Source: an uncultured bacterium (GTDB taxonomy: Bacteria > Desulfobacterota_D > UBA1144 > Nemesobacterales > UBA2774). From it: a stretch of 11,903 nucleotides of DNA. The DNA is taken from positions 1-11,903 of the forward strand of contig CAWGRW010000012.1 in assembly GCA_963825135.1 (NCBI GenBank). The letters are read 5' to 3'. This document shows, in pieces, positions 1-6,871 of the stretch. Positions within the stretch are counted from its first letter, which is position 1. Each line of letters begins with the position of its first letter. The position numbers and the translations under genes are program-made. Below the pieces are notes generated by a model. That model was not told the origin of the DNA and did no database searches. It saw only the letters and a program-made list of their open reading frames with translations.

Positions 1-62
1 CCGGGATGTATTTGATTGCGTACCGCCGGGATTGACGGGGAATGGTTTACGCGGGGGGATGT

Positions 63-788
63 TCAGCCGGGTTCTTTGTGCTTTTCGGCCTCCCCGGTCA
101 TCGGCACGAACCTGACCGGAGCGATTCTTTCCTCGTCGAACCCGTCCTTCCCCTTCGTGAGCAGGAGCAGCTCCTGCATTTCGTCGCCGAGGGGTATTAC
201 CATCCTGCCCCCTTCCTTGAGCTGGTCTTTTAGGGGCTCGGGTATTTCCTCCGGGGCCGCGGTCACGATGATTCCGTCATAGGGCGCGTGGTCCTCCCAC
301 CCGAGGTAGCCGTCCCCCGTTTTGAAGTGCACGTTCGTATATCCGAGCCCGTTGATGACGCTCCTTGAGAAAAGCGAGAGCGGCTCCAGTATTTCCACCG
401 TATAGACCTCGGCCCCCATCTCGGCGAGGACCGCCGCCTGGTATCCCGAGCCCGTCCCTATCTCCAGCACCTTCTGACCCTTCTCCGGCGCGAGAAGCTC
501 CGTCATGAGCGCAACTATATAGGGCTGAGAGATGGTCTGACCCATCCCTATGGGCAGAGGGGCGTCTTTGTAGGCAAGCTCGGTAAGGTATTCGGGAATG
601 AATTTATGTCTGGGTACGGCGCACATCGCACTGAGGACCTCGGGCAGGGACACCCCTCTCGAAGCGATCTGCTCCTCGACCATGTCGATGCGTCTATGTC
701 TATATACGCTCTCGGCGTCCGGTGAATTGACCGCCGCCGCGATGAAGAGGAAGGTCGAAAACAATAATATTATCGATACCGGTTCCAT
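63..788 (-). CDS. pcm: Protein-L-isoaspartate(D-aspartate) O-methyltransferase with hydrophobic N-terminal extension
   Basis: Motifs VPRHKF, AYKDAPLPIGMGQTISQPYIVA, SAM-binding VLEIGTGSGYQAA, GDGYLG, APYDGIIVTAA, QLKEGGRMVIP and VRFVPM. AAGGAG Shine-Dalgarno (796-801, minus strand) before the ATG. Confidence 0.97.
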   Translation of the reverse strand: MEPVSIILLFSTFLFIAAAVNSPDAESVYRHRRIDMVEEQIASRGVSLPEVLSAMCAVPRHKFIPEYLTELAYKDAPLPIGMGQTISQPYIVALMTELLAPEKGQKVLEIGTGSGYQAAVLAEMGAEVYTVEILEPLSLFSRSVINGLGYTNVHFKTGDGYLGWEDHAPYDGIIVTAAPEEIPEPLKDQLKEGGRMVIPLGDEMQELLLLTKGKDGFDEERIAPVRFVPMTGEAEKHKEPG

Positions 789-847
789 ACCCCGGCTCCT
801 TTGATTATGGATTTAACACGGAATGTCCCTCTCTCGATTGACGTATT

Positions 848-863
848 TGCAAGTATGGTGCCA
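848..863 (-). promoter_or_regulatory. Sigma-54 (RpoN) -24/-12 promoter upstream of pcm
   Basis: Minus strand reads TGGCAC-CATAC-TTGCA, an exact match to the TGGCAC-N5-TTGCW consensus. It is intergenic and oriented toward pcm. Confidence 0.8.
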
Positions 864-950
864 TTCGGCAGCGTCCGGGCTAAAAAGCGGATTAAATAAC
901 GGGCGCGAGGCGGTTGGCGCATCCTGTTTCCCGCCCCGCCCGTCCTCGAA

Positions 951-967
951 TGCCTATTATAAAGGCA
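951..967. promoter_or_regulatory. Palindrome, candidate enhancer-binding-protein or regulator site
   Basis: TGCCT-ATTATAA-AGGCA has 5-bp arms around an AT core. It is centred about 120 nt upstream of the predicted sigma-54 start of pcm, within the usual range for activator sites. Confidence 0.3.
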
Positions 968-1117
968 CGGGAGTTAGAAATTACGGCAATACCGGGGCGC
1001 GCTGTATCAGCGGCCGCGACACGCCTGTCCTTTTTTAATGCATACGACATTCATCGGGCGCATCGTCCCTATGGGCCGCCCCCCTGTGGTAATATTCTCC
1101 CTTCGGAGGCTCGCCGC

Positions 1118-2299
1118 ATGAAAGACGACATCCTGATAGGCCCGCTCGCGAGGCCCCTTGCGGGGGAGCTTCCGGCCGAGGCCGTGGAAAGGAAGGGGTC
1201 GGGACACCCGGACACGCTCTGCGACCTCATAGCCGAGGGCATATCGAGGGCCCTGTCGGAGTATTACCTCTCCGAATTCGGCTGCGTCATGCACCATAAC
1301 GTGGACAAGGCCCTCCTCGTGGGCGGCGAATCGGAGCCGTCTTTCGGAGGGGGGAGCGTCGTAAAGCCCTTCGAGGTGATAGTGGCGGGGCGCGCGGTCA
1401 AGACGCACAAGGGCAGGGCTCTCCCGGTCGACGAGATTTCAATCGGGGCCGCGAGGCGCGTGATAACGGAGACCCTCAGACACCTGGACGTCGATGCGCA
1501 CGTAAAAATAGACGTCAGGATAAGGCCCGGGAGCAGGGACCTCGTGGAGCTCTTCGAGAGGTTCGGCGCAGGCGAAGTCCCGCTATCGAACGATACCTCG
1601 GTCGGGACGGGTTTTTACCCCCTCGACAGGCTCGAACGAACGGTATATCTGGCGGAGAGATACCTGAACGGCCCCGCGGCCAAGAGGGAATTCCCCTTCA
1701 TCGGCGAGGACGTGAAGATTATGGGCATTAGGAGGGGGGACGCGATAACGCTCACCGCGGCCATGGCCGTTGTGGACAGGTACGTCTCATCGGTCGGGGA
1801 TTACGCGGACAAGGTGGAGGCCGTGAGGCGCGCCTTATCGGGGCAGGAATGGGCGCGCGGGGCGGGGGTCGTTATCAACGCGGCGGACGACTACGAAAAG
1901 GGGAGCGTGTACATCACGGTCACGGGCACGAGCGCCGAGCAGGGGGACGACGGGCAGGTCGGCAGGGGGAACAGGGTCAACGGGCTCATTACCCCTTACA
2001 GGCCCATGACGCTCGAGGCTGCCGCCGGGAAGAACCCCGTGAGCCACGTGGGCAAGCTCTATAACCTCTTCGCCGGAGAGCTCTCCAGGAGCATAGTGGA
2101 ATCGGGCCTGGCCACGGAGGCCTCGGCCTTTGTGGTTTCACGAATAGGGAGCCCCATAAACGAGCCCCGGCTTCTCGATATTAAATTTGCCGGAGAAGGG
2201 GTCGATACCGGGTCGATAAGGGACACGGCCCGGCGCATGCTCCGCGAGATGCCCGGTATGTGGAAAAAGATAATCGGCGGGCGGTACGAAATCGCCTGA
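1118..2299 (+). CDS. mat: Archaeal-type S-adenosylmethionine synthetase (methionine adenosyltransferase), 393 aa
   Basis: Motifs [37 protein letters not shown] and [52 protein letters not shown] are typical of the archaeal MAT family. Start moved from 914 to ATG 1118, which follows GGAGG at 1105-1109. A possible extended -10 (TGG-TAATAT) lies at 1087-1095. Confidence 0.95.
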   Translation: MKDDILIGPLARPLAGELPAEAVERKGSGHPDTLCDLIAEGISRALSEYYLSEFGCVMHHNVDKALLVGGESEPSFGGGSVVKPFEVIVAGRAVKTHKGRALPVDEISIGAARRVITETLRHLDVDAHVKIDVRIRPGSRDLVELFERFGAGEVPLSNDTSVGTGFYPLDRLERTVYLAERYLNGPAAKREFPFIGEDVKIMGIRRGDAITLTAAMAVVDRYVSSVGDYADKVEAVRRALSGQEWARGAGVVINAADDYEKGSVYITVTGTSAEQGDDGQVGRGNRVNGLITPYRPMTLEAAAGKNPVSHVGKLYNLFAGELSRSIVESGLATEASAFVVSRIGSPINEPRLLDIKFAGEGVDTGSIRDTARRMLREMPGMWKKIIGGRYEIA

Positions 2300-2305
2300 C
2301 GTCTG

Positions 2306-2569
2306 TCAGCCCTGCCTCGTGGGCGGTTCCCTGTCGGGGTCGGGCACGTATCCGAGCGTGCTTAGGGATTCGAGCACTCTCTCAAGGAGGTCGCTCCCGC
2401 CTCCGGTCATGCTTTCGTCGTCCGCGACCTCGAGCTCCCTCGCGTCGTACTCCCATCTTCGGAGTATCTCTATCTTCTGCTCTCTCGTTATGTCGCCCGC
2501 CTTGAGCACGTCTTCGGGGGCCCTGAACACGCTCGTCGGGTCGAGCATCGCTTTATTTATATCCGTCAT
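2306..2569 (-). CDS. Small acidic conserved hypothetical protein (about 87 aa; start uncertain, alternative GTG at 2605)
   Basis: Protein-like sequence KAMLDPTSVFRAPEDVL...TREQKIEILRRWEYDARELEVADDESM, which I recall as a recurring bacterial hypothetical family. Codon style matches neighbours. It lies directly downstream of the CBS gene and ends 6 nt from the mat stop. Confidence 0.8.
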   Translation of the reverse strand: MTDINKAMLDPTSVFRAPEDVLKAGDITREQKIEILRRWEYDARELEVADDESMTGGGSDLLERVLESLSTLGYVPDPDREPPTRQG

Positions 2570-2616
2570 GGTGACACTAAGTATATCCCCAACCGCTCCG
2601 TCCACAAGCCGCGTTT

Positions 2617-3042
2617 TCAGAATGTCGGCCCTTCGTTCTCTATGACGCTCGCCACGTCGGCGATCTCCCTGCCGAGGAGCCTGATTATATCGTCGAGCGT
2701 GATTATGCCCTTGAGCTTCCCGTCCATGTCCACGACCGGGAACCTCCTGACGGCGCTCTTTCTTATCAGGTCGAGCGCTTCGAGAAGCCCCATGTCCTCC
2801 CGGAGCGTGAGCACTATGTCCCGGGTCATTATTTCCTCGACGGGCGTCCTTACCGGGTCAAGACACCTGTTCACCACCCTCAAGGCGATGTCCCTGTCGG
2901 TCACGATGCCGAACTCGCCGCCACTGCCCGAGACGATGACGCTCCCGACGTTCTTGTCCTCCATTATCCTCGTGACCTCGCTCACGGTCGTCCCGGGACC
3001 GACCGTGATTACGTCTGTCCTGCATATATGTCCCAAACTCAT
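2617..3042 (-). CDS. Tandem CBS-domain (Bateman module) protein, 141 aa
   Basis: Two CBS repeats: VITVGPGTTVSEV...VGSVIV...GIVTDRDI and VEEIMT...VRRFPVVD...GIITLDDI. Start moved to ATG 3042, which follows a strong GGGGAGGTGAG SD at 3047-3057. Confidence 0.93.
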   Translation of the reverse strand: MSLGHICRTDVITVGPGTTVSEVTRIMEDKNVGSVIVSGSGGEFGIVTDRDIALRVVNRCLDPVRTPVEEIMTRDIVLTLREDMGLLEALDLIRKSAVRRFPVVDMDGKLKGIITLDDIIRLLGREIADVASVIENEGPTF

Positions 3043-3101
3043 ACGACTCACCTCCCCATGAGATTTTAGCTGTAACAGCCTTTGCCCTGCGGGAGTATAT
3101 G

Positions 3102-3118
3102 TGCAAGCGGTATGCCAA
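3102..3118 (-). promoter_or_regulatory. Sigma-54 (RpoN) -24/-12 promoter upstream of the CBS operon
   Basis: Minus strand reads TTGGCAT-ACCGC-TTGCA, with correct GG-N10-GC spacing, oriented toward the CBS gene. Confidence 0.78.
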
Positions 3119-3250
3119 TCGCGGGCCGCTCCATAAACATTGGAGAATATTCGGGAGCGTGAATCCACGCCGATATATAGTGTCTGATTCCAGTACATGT
3201 TTAGTCCCGCTCCCCGCGCTTCCCGGCCCCGGTTTTCACCCTATTTCCTC

Positions 3251-3814
3251 ATGCGCTTTGCTATCGTGCCCCGGGCAGTGTACTCTATATATATCAAAGC
3301 CAAACTTATATGCGGTAAATATCTAGCGATCTTCACAAAGACTGAAATCGGTTATTCCGCTTCATGCCCCGATCTCCCGTACCTCAAAATGACCGGCAAC
3401 ACACTCAAAGAGACCGAAAGGCTCGTCGACGTAACGGTCAGGAACTATATTCACAAATCGGACGTCCTTAATTTCGACCGCGGCGTGTTCATCATGGTGG
3501 ACAAGCTATGGAAAGACGTAGTCGAGCCCGCGATGGACGAAGTAGGGCGCAAGGCCTCGAAGAAGGGCTGGGAGTTAAAGACGTTCGTAAACCGGAGAGG
3601 GTTCAACCAGATAAACCGGTTCACCAGGTCGTGCTCCATACGCACGGTCGGAGAGGACAAGACGACGAGGAAGCTTACGATAGGCTGGCGGGCGGGCTCG
3701 GACGCGTTCTCCTACGGCAATACACTGGCGGCGACCGGCTGGAAGGAAGCCCCGCACTCGATGCTGAGCATAGATAATCTCGTCGAAGACCTGTCGGCGA
3801 GGCTCCTTGTTTGA
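3251..3814 (+). CDS. Hypothetical protein with N-terminal HicB-antitoxin-like domain and unknown C-terminal domain (start uncertain)
   Basis: KYLAIFTKTEIGYSASCPDLPYLKMTGNTLKETERLVDVTVRNYI follows the HicB-like pattern (Y-x-hydrophobic strand, GYSAxxPDLP, TGxTxxE helix). No SD-supported in-frame start is seen. Candidates are ATG 3197, ATG 3251, GTG 3266/3278 and ATA 3308. Confidence 0.7.
   Translation: MRFAIVPRAVYSIYIKAKLICGKYLAIFTKTEIGYSASCPDLPYLKMTGNTLKETERLVDVTVRNYIHKSDVLNFDRGVFIMVDKLWKDVVEPAMDEVGRKASKKGWELKTFVNRRGFNQINRFTRSCSIRTVGEDKTTRKLTIGWRAGSDAFSYGNTLAATGWKEAPHSMLSIDNLVEDLSARLLV
3258..3286 (+). promoter_or_regulatory. Candidate sigma-70 promoter for the HicB-like gene
   Basis: TTGCTA (3258-3263), 17-nt spacer, TACTCT (3281-3286), followed by AT-rich sequence. 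Confidence 0.4.
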
Positions 3815-3946
3815 AGCCCGGGGGGTAGTGCGGGCTGTTCTACGGAATAATACGGACCGGGTTTTTTCCCTGATCTCATTCTTTTCTTTATAACGGGGCG
3901 GTTACGTCAGCCTCGATTGACTGTATTTTTATGGTATCCGATTGTG

Positions 3947-3952
3947 TATAAT
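3947..3952 (+). promoter_or_regulatory. Candidate -10 element for the RRM gene
   Basis: Perfect TATAAT about 100 nt upstream of the start. The nearest TTGACT (3917-3922) is 24 nt away, too far for a canonical -35. Confidence 0.4.
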
Positions 3953-4052
3953 AGTCGTGTCACAAGTTATTGTGGGGGAGGTTTTTACGGATTTCTTGCA
4001 TCCGCCTCTGTAAGGCTTGATGAACCAAATCGATTTACAAAAGGAGCAGCGA

Positions 4053-4406
4053 ATGCAAGGTAAGAAACTTTATATAGGGAACCTGACCTACAATACGACG
4101 GTTGAGGAAATTACGGAGCTTCTGGCGCAGTACGGCACGGTTTCGGACGTCCGCGTTATAGGCGACAAGGGGTTCGGATTCGCAGAAATGGGCACGCAGC
4201 TCGAGGCGGAGAAGGCCAAGGACGCGCTCGACGGCTATGAGTTCAAGGGCCGCGCGCTCAAGGTTAACGAGGCCCGCAAGAACACCGGCAAGCCCGGCGG
4301 CGGACGCAGCGGCGGAGGCGGCGGATATGGCGGAGGCGGAGGCGGCGGTGGTGGTGGTTACGGCGGCGGCTACGGAGGCGGAGGCGGGGGCGGCAGGAAA
4401 AGATAG
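4053..4406 (+). CDS. RNA-binding protein with a single RRM and glycine-rich C-terminal tail, 117 aa
   Basis: RNP2 KLYIGNL, RNP1 KGFGFAEM and GRALKVNEAR, then a GGGGY-type tail. AAGGAG SD at 4041-4046 precedes ATG 4053. Confidence 0.96.
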   Translation: MQGKKLYIGNLTYNTTVEEITELLAQYGTVSDVRVIGDKGFGFAEMGTQLEAEKAKDALDGYEFKGRALKVNEARKNTGKPGGGRSGGGGGYGGGGGGGGGGYGGGYGGGGGGGRKR

Positions 4407-4429
4407 GTATACACGACTACGGCATAAAC

Positions 4430-4459
4430 CGGTGTCCCGGTTAGCATTCCGGGACGCCG
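4430..4459 (+). terminator. Stem-loop downstream of the RRM gene, probable terminator between convergent genes
   Basis: CGGTGTCCCGG-TTAGCATT-CCGGGACGCCG forms an 11-bp stem with one G-U pair. The U-tract after it is weak. Confidence 0.6.
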
Positions 4460-4479
4460 TTCACTTCAGTATTTTTCGA

Positions 4480-4494
4480 AATTTTCCTGTCATT
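4480..4494 (+). repeat. 15-bp direct repeat, copy 1 (AATTTTCCTGTCATT)
   Basis: Identical to 5050-5064. Confidence 0.75.
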
Positions 4495-4618
4495 TTTTAA
4501 TCCTTATTCAAAATCCGCATTCCATGATTTATCGGAAAATCCGTTCTTCCTTCCGACGCCGGAGTGGTTTTAATCGGACTGATTCGATCCCTCATGTGAG
4601 ATGAGCTGAAAATCAGCA

Positions 4619-5035
4619 TCAGCGGGGCGCTATCAGGAGCGTGAGCGAATAGCTTATCGCTACGCTCACTACGCCGAGCGCTATGCCCTTCAATATTTCC
4701 CCTTTGTCCGTCTTCGTATGGACGAGGGCGTATATCATCCCGCACCAAACGAGTGTCGAGAAGACCGTGAAGGGGAGGGCCTTATAGTAAACGGACGTGA
4801 AGACTACGAGTATGAGCGCCCTCGCTATGTGGAGGTTCGAGCCCCTGACGGCCCTCGATAAGAGGTAGAGCGCCGGTAACGCGACCGCGACGTGAGAAAG
4901 GAACGAGAGATAGCCGCCTATCGACGCCCTCACGAGGACGAGGAAATAAAACGGGAGCCCGCCGAGTGCGATAAGGTCCCTCGTTATCTCCCCCTTCGCG
5001 CTCCCGGACAATTTTAACCTGTCACTTATATTCAT
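4619..5035 (-). CDS. Hypothetical integral membrane protein, 138 aa
   Basis: About 4-5 hydrophobic segments. AAGGAG SD (5044-5049) lies 8 nt before the ATG. Conserved-looking RDLIALG and HIARALILVVFTS stretches. Confidence 0.85.
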   Translation of the reverse strand: MNISDRLKLSGSAKGEITRDLIALGGLPFYFLVLVRASIGGYLSFLSHVAVALPALYLLSRAVRGSNLHIARALILVVFTSVYYKALPFTVFSTLVWCGMIYALVHTKTDKGEILKGIALGVVSVAISYSLTLLIAPR

Positions 5036-5049
5036 TTCATGCTCTCCTT

Positions 5050-5064
5050 AATTTTCCTGTCATT
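5050..5064 (+). repeat. 15-bp direct repeat, copy 2 (AATTTTCCTGTCATT)
   Basis: Identical to 4480-4494. It overlaps the left end of a REP-like element. Confidence 0.75.
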
Positions 5065-5169
5065 CCCGAGCTACATTGAAAGCAAGCGCGTAATCGGACG
5101 CCCCACGCTGTTTGCTAATGACTTATGCAGACGCCTCCGCAGCACATGCCAAAATAATCGGGAATCTAG
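5058..5169. repeat. REP-like element of the TGTCATTCCCG...CGGGAATC type with an expanded loop
   Basis: Begins TGTCATTCCCGA and ends ATCGGGAATCTAG. Inverted arms ATTCCCGA (5062-5069) and TCGGGAAT (5158-5165) enclose 88 nt. Confidence 0.55.
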
Positions 5170-5180
5170 TCTTTGCCTTT

Positions 5181-5250
5181 TAAATCCTCCCTAACCCTCC
5201 TTTTTGAGGGAAAGAACGGCATTCCCTGAGCAAGGGGAAGTAAGGGGGAC
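5181..5250. repeat. Degenerate C-rich/G-rich palindromic REP-like repeat
   Basis: AAATCCTCCCTAACCCTCCTTTTTGAGGG...AAGGGGAAGTAAGGGGGA has C-run arms facing G-run arms, in the style of the repeats at 5993 and 11741 but divergent. Confidence 0.4.
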
Positions 5251-5433
5251 GCCATAACATCACAGGCGAGAGGAATAACATTTACTTCCGCGCGGAACAT
5301 TAGCGAAGTTCAAATAGGTCAGGGAGGATTGTAGACACTTTGTCTTTCCTCGACTTTATCCCTAATATTAACTCTTGCCCTGTATGACGCACCCTCATTA
5401 ATATTGTTATATAATGGACACAGGAGGTGTCAC

Positions 5434-5964
5434 ATGGCAAGGGTAAAGTACATAGAAGAAGAGACCACCGACAATCCCCTGGTAAAGGAAGCGTTCGAGA
5501 GGATGCGGAAGAAGAGGGGGAAGGTCACGAACATATATAAGGCGCTCGCGCACAAGCCTTCCATATTAGGCACGATAGGCCCGTTCGTCGCCGCAGTCCA
5601 GCAGCCGGACGAGCTCGACCCGAAGCTTAAGGAGAGGATCATACTCAGGGTGTCGAAACTTAATCGTTCGAGATACTGCTGCCACGCGCACGAGCAGATT
5701 AGCGCGAAGATGGGCTTTACGCCCGATGAGATTACGGAGATGAACGATCCGGGGAGCGCGCACATAAGCGACGCGGAGAAGGCGGCTTTGAATTACGCCG
5801 AGGCGCTTACGGTAAACCCCGGCAGCATCCCGGACACCGTGTACGGCGAGCTAAAGAAGCACTGGAGCGATTCTCAGGTGGTCGAGATAACGATGATCGC
5901 CGCGCTATACAACATGATCAACAGGTTCAACGAGGCGCTGAAGCTAGACCCCGAGGAGTATTGA
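5434..5964 (+). CDS. Carboxymuconolactone decarboxylase / AhpD-like family protein, 176 aa
   Basis: NIYKALAHKP, LDPKLKERIILRVSKLNRSRYCCHAH, EKAALNYAEALT and WSDSQVVEITMIAALYNMINRFNEAL. AGGAGGT SD at 5422-5428 precedes ATG 5434. TATAAT at 5410-5415. Confidence 0.92.
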   Translation: MARVKYIEEETTDNPLVKEAFERMRKKRGKVTNIYKALAHKPSILGTIGPFVAAVQQPDELDPKLKERIILRVSKLNRSRYCCHAHEQISAKMGFTPDEITEMNDPGSAHISDAEKAALNYAEALTVNPGSIPDTVYGELKKHWSDSQVVEITMIAALYNMINRFNEALKLDPEEY

Positions 5965-5992
5965 GTCTCCGCTCCGTTCGTCCCTGTGTATA

Positions 5993-6037
5993 TTAATTCC
6001 TTCCCCCCGGAGAAGGGGGAGGGTGAGGGTGGGGGGT
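5993..6037. repeat. REP-like palindromic repeat, copy A (may also act as terminator between convergent genes)
   Basis: TTAATTCCTTCCCCCCGGAGAAGGGGGAGGGTGAGGGTGGGGGGT is close to the reverse complement of 11741-11783. Confidence 0.8.
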
Positions 6038-6109
6038 TTACCTAAGTATTCAATCAATAACAAAGTTCTTCCCCGACATACACAGGATCACCGAAAATCC
6101 TACCCCCCC

Positions 6110-6871
6110 TCAGCTCTTGATCCTGTAGCCCGTCCTGAATATCCACCATACGGCTGCCACGCACAGGGCCAGGAACAGAACAGTCATGCCCAGGCTTATT
6201 TCCACGTTCACGTCGGAGACCCCGTACAGGCTCCATCTGAACCCGCTAATGAGATAGACGACGGGGTTAAAGAGGGTGATCTTCTGCCATATCGGCGGCA
6301 GCATGTATATCGAATAAAAACTCCCGCCCAGGAACGTGAGCGGCGTTACGATCAGCAGGGGCACTATCTGCAATTTCTGAAATCCGTCCGCCCATATGCC
6401 GATTATAAAACCGAACAGGCTGAACGTGACCGCGGTGAGGAGGAGGAACCCCGCCATCCAGAACGGGTGCAGGACCCCGTAGGGGACGAACAGGCGCGCC
6501 GTGGCCAGTATGAGCGTTCCCAGTATGACGGATTTCGTCGCGGCCGCGCCCACGTATCCGATCAGGATCTCGATGTATGAGACGGGCGCCGAGAGGACCT
6601 CGTAAATCGTGCCCGTGAATTTCGGCAGGTATATGCCGAAGGACGCGTTCGAGATGCTCTCGCTCATTATCGTCAGCATGGCGAGGCCGGGGACGATGAA
6701 CGCGCCGTAGCTCACCCCTTCGATATTCCCCACCCTCGACCCTATCGCCGCGCCGAAGACCACGAAATATAGCGAGGTCGAGAGTATGGGAGACGCGATG
6801 CTCTGCATCAGCGTCCGCCACGTGCGCGAAAGCTCGAATATGTATATAGACCGTATCGCGTAGAAGTTCAT
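6110..6871 (-). CDS. ABC-2 type transporter permease (YadH-like)
   Basis: About 6 TM segments with [29 protein letters not shown] and [11 protein letters not shown]. 4-nt ATGA overlap with the ATPase gene. Confidence 0.95.
   Translation of the reverse strand: MNFYAIRSIYIFELSRTWRTLMQSIASPILSTSLYFVVFGAAIGSRVGNIEGVSYGAFIVPGLAMLTIMSESISNASFGIYLPKFTGTIYEVLSAPVSYIEILIGYVGAAATKSVILGTLILATARLFVPYGVLHPFWMAGFLLLTAVTFSLFGFIIGIWADGFQKLQIVPLLIVTPLTFLGGSFYSIYMLPPIWQKITLFNPVVYLISGFRWSLYGVSDVNVEISLGMTVLFLALCVAAVWWIFRTGYRIKS

Noticed and set aside
962..978. Plus-strand sigma-54-like motif AGGCAC-GGGAG-TTAGA before mat
   Set aside because: Lacks the invariant -12 GC.
914..1117. N-terminal extension of the MAT ORF from TTG 914
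   Set aside because: No family similarity before MKDDIL, and an SD-supported ATG at 1118.
789..1117. SAM riboswitch upstream of the SAM synthetase
   Set aside because: I could not find SAM-I core elements (AUC.AGAG, GCAACC, GUGC..AU pairing) or a convincing SAM-II pattern. A cmscan would be decisive.
3043..3198. N-terminal extension of the CBS ORF
   Set aside because: Runs through the sigma-54 promoter, and a strong SD precedes ATG 3042.
4296..4394. GGC/GGA/GGT triplet repeats
   Set aside because: Explained by the glycine-rich tail of the RRM protein; not an independent repeat element.
5032..5040. ATG-AAA-TGA mini-ORF overlapping the membrane-protein start (minus strand)
   Set aside because: SD spacing (3 nt versus 8 nt) favours the downstream ATG, and there is no evidence of regulatory use.
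5137..5152. Third sigma-54-like motif (TTGGCATGTGCTGC, minus strand)
   Set aside because: GG-to-GC spacing is 8 nt rather than the required 10.
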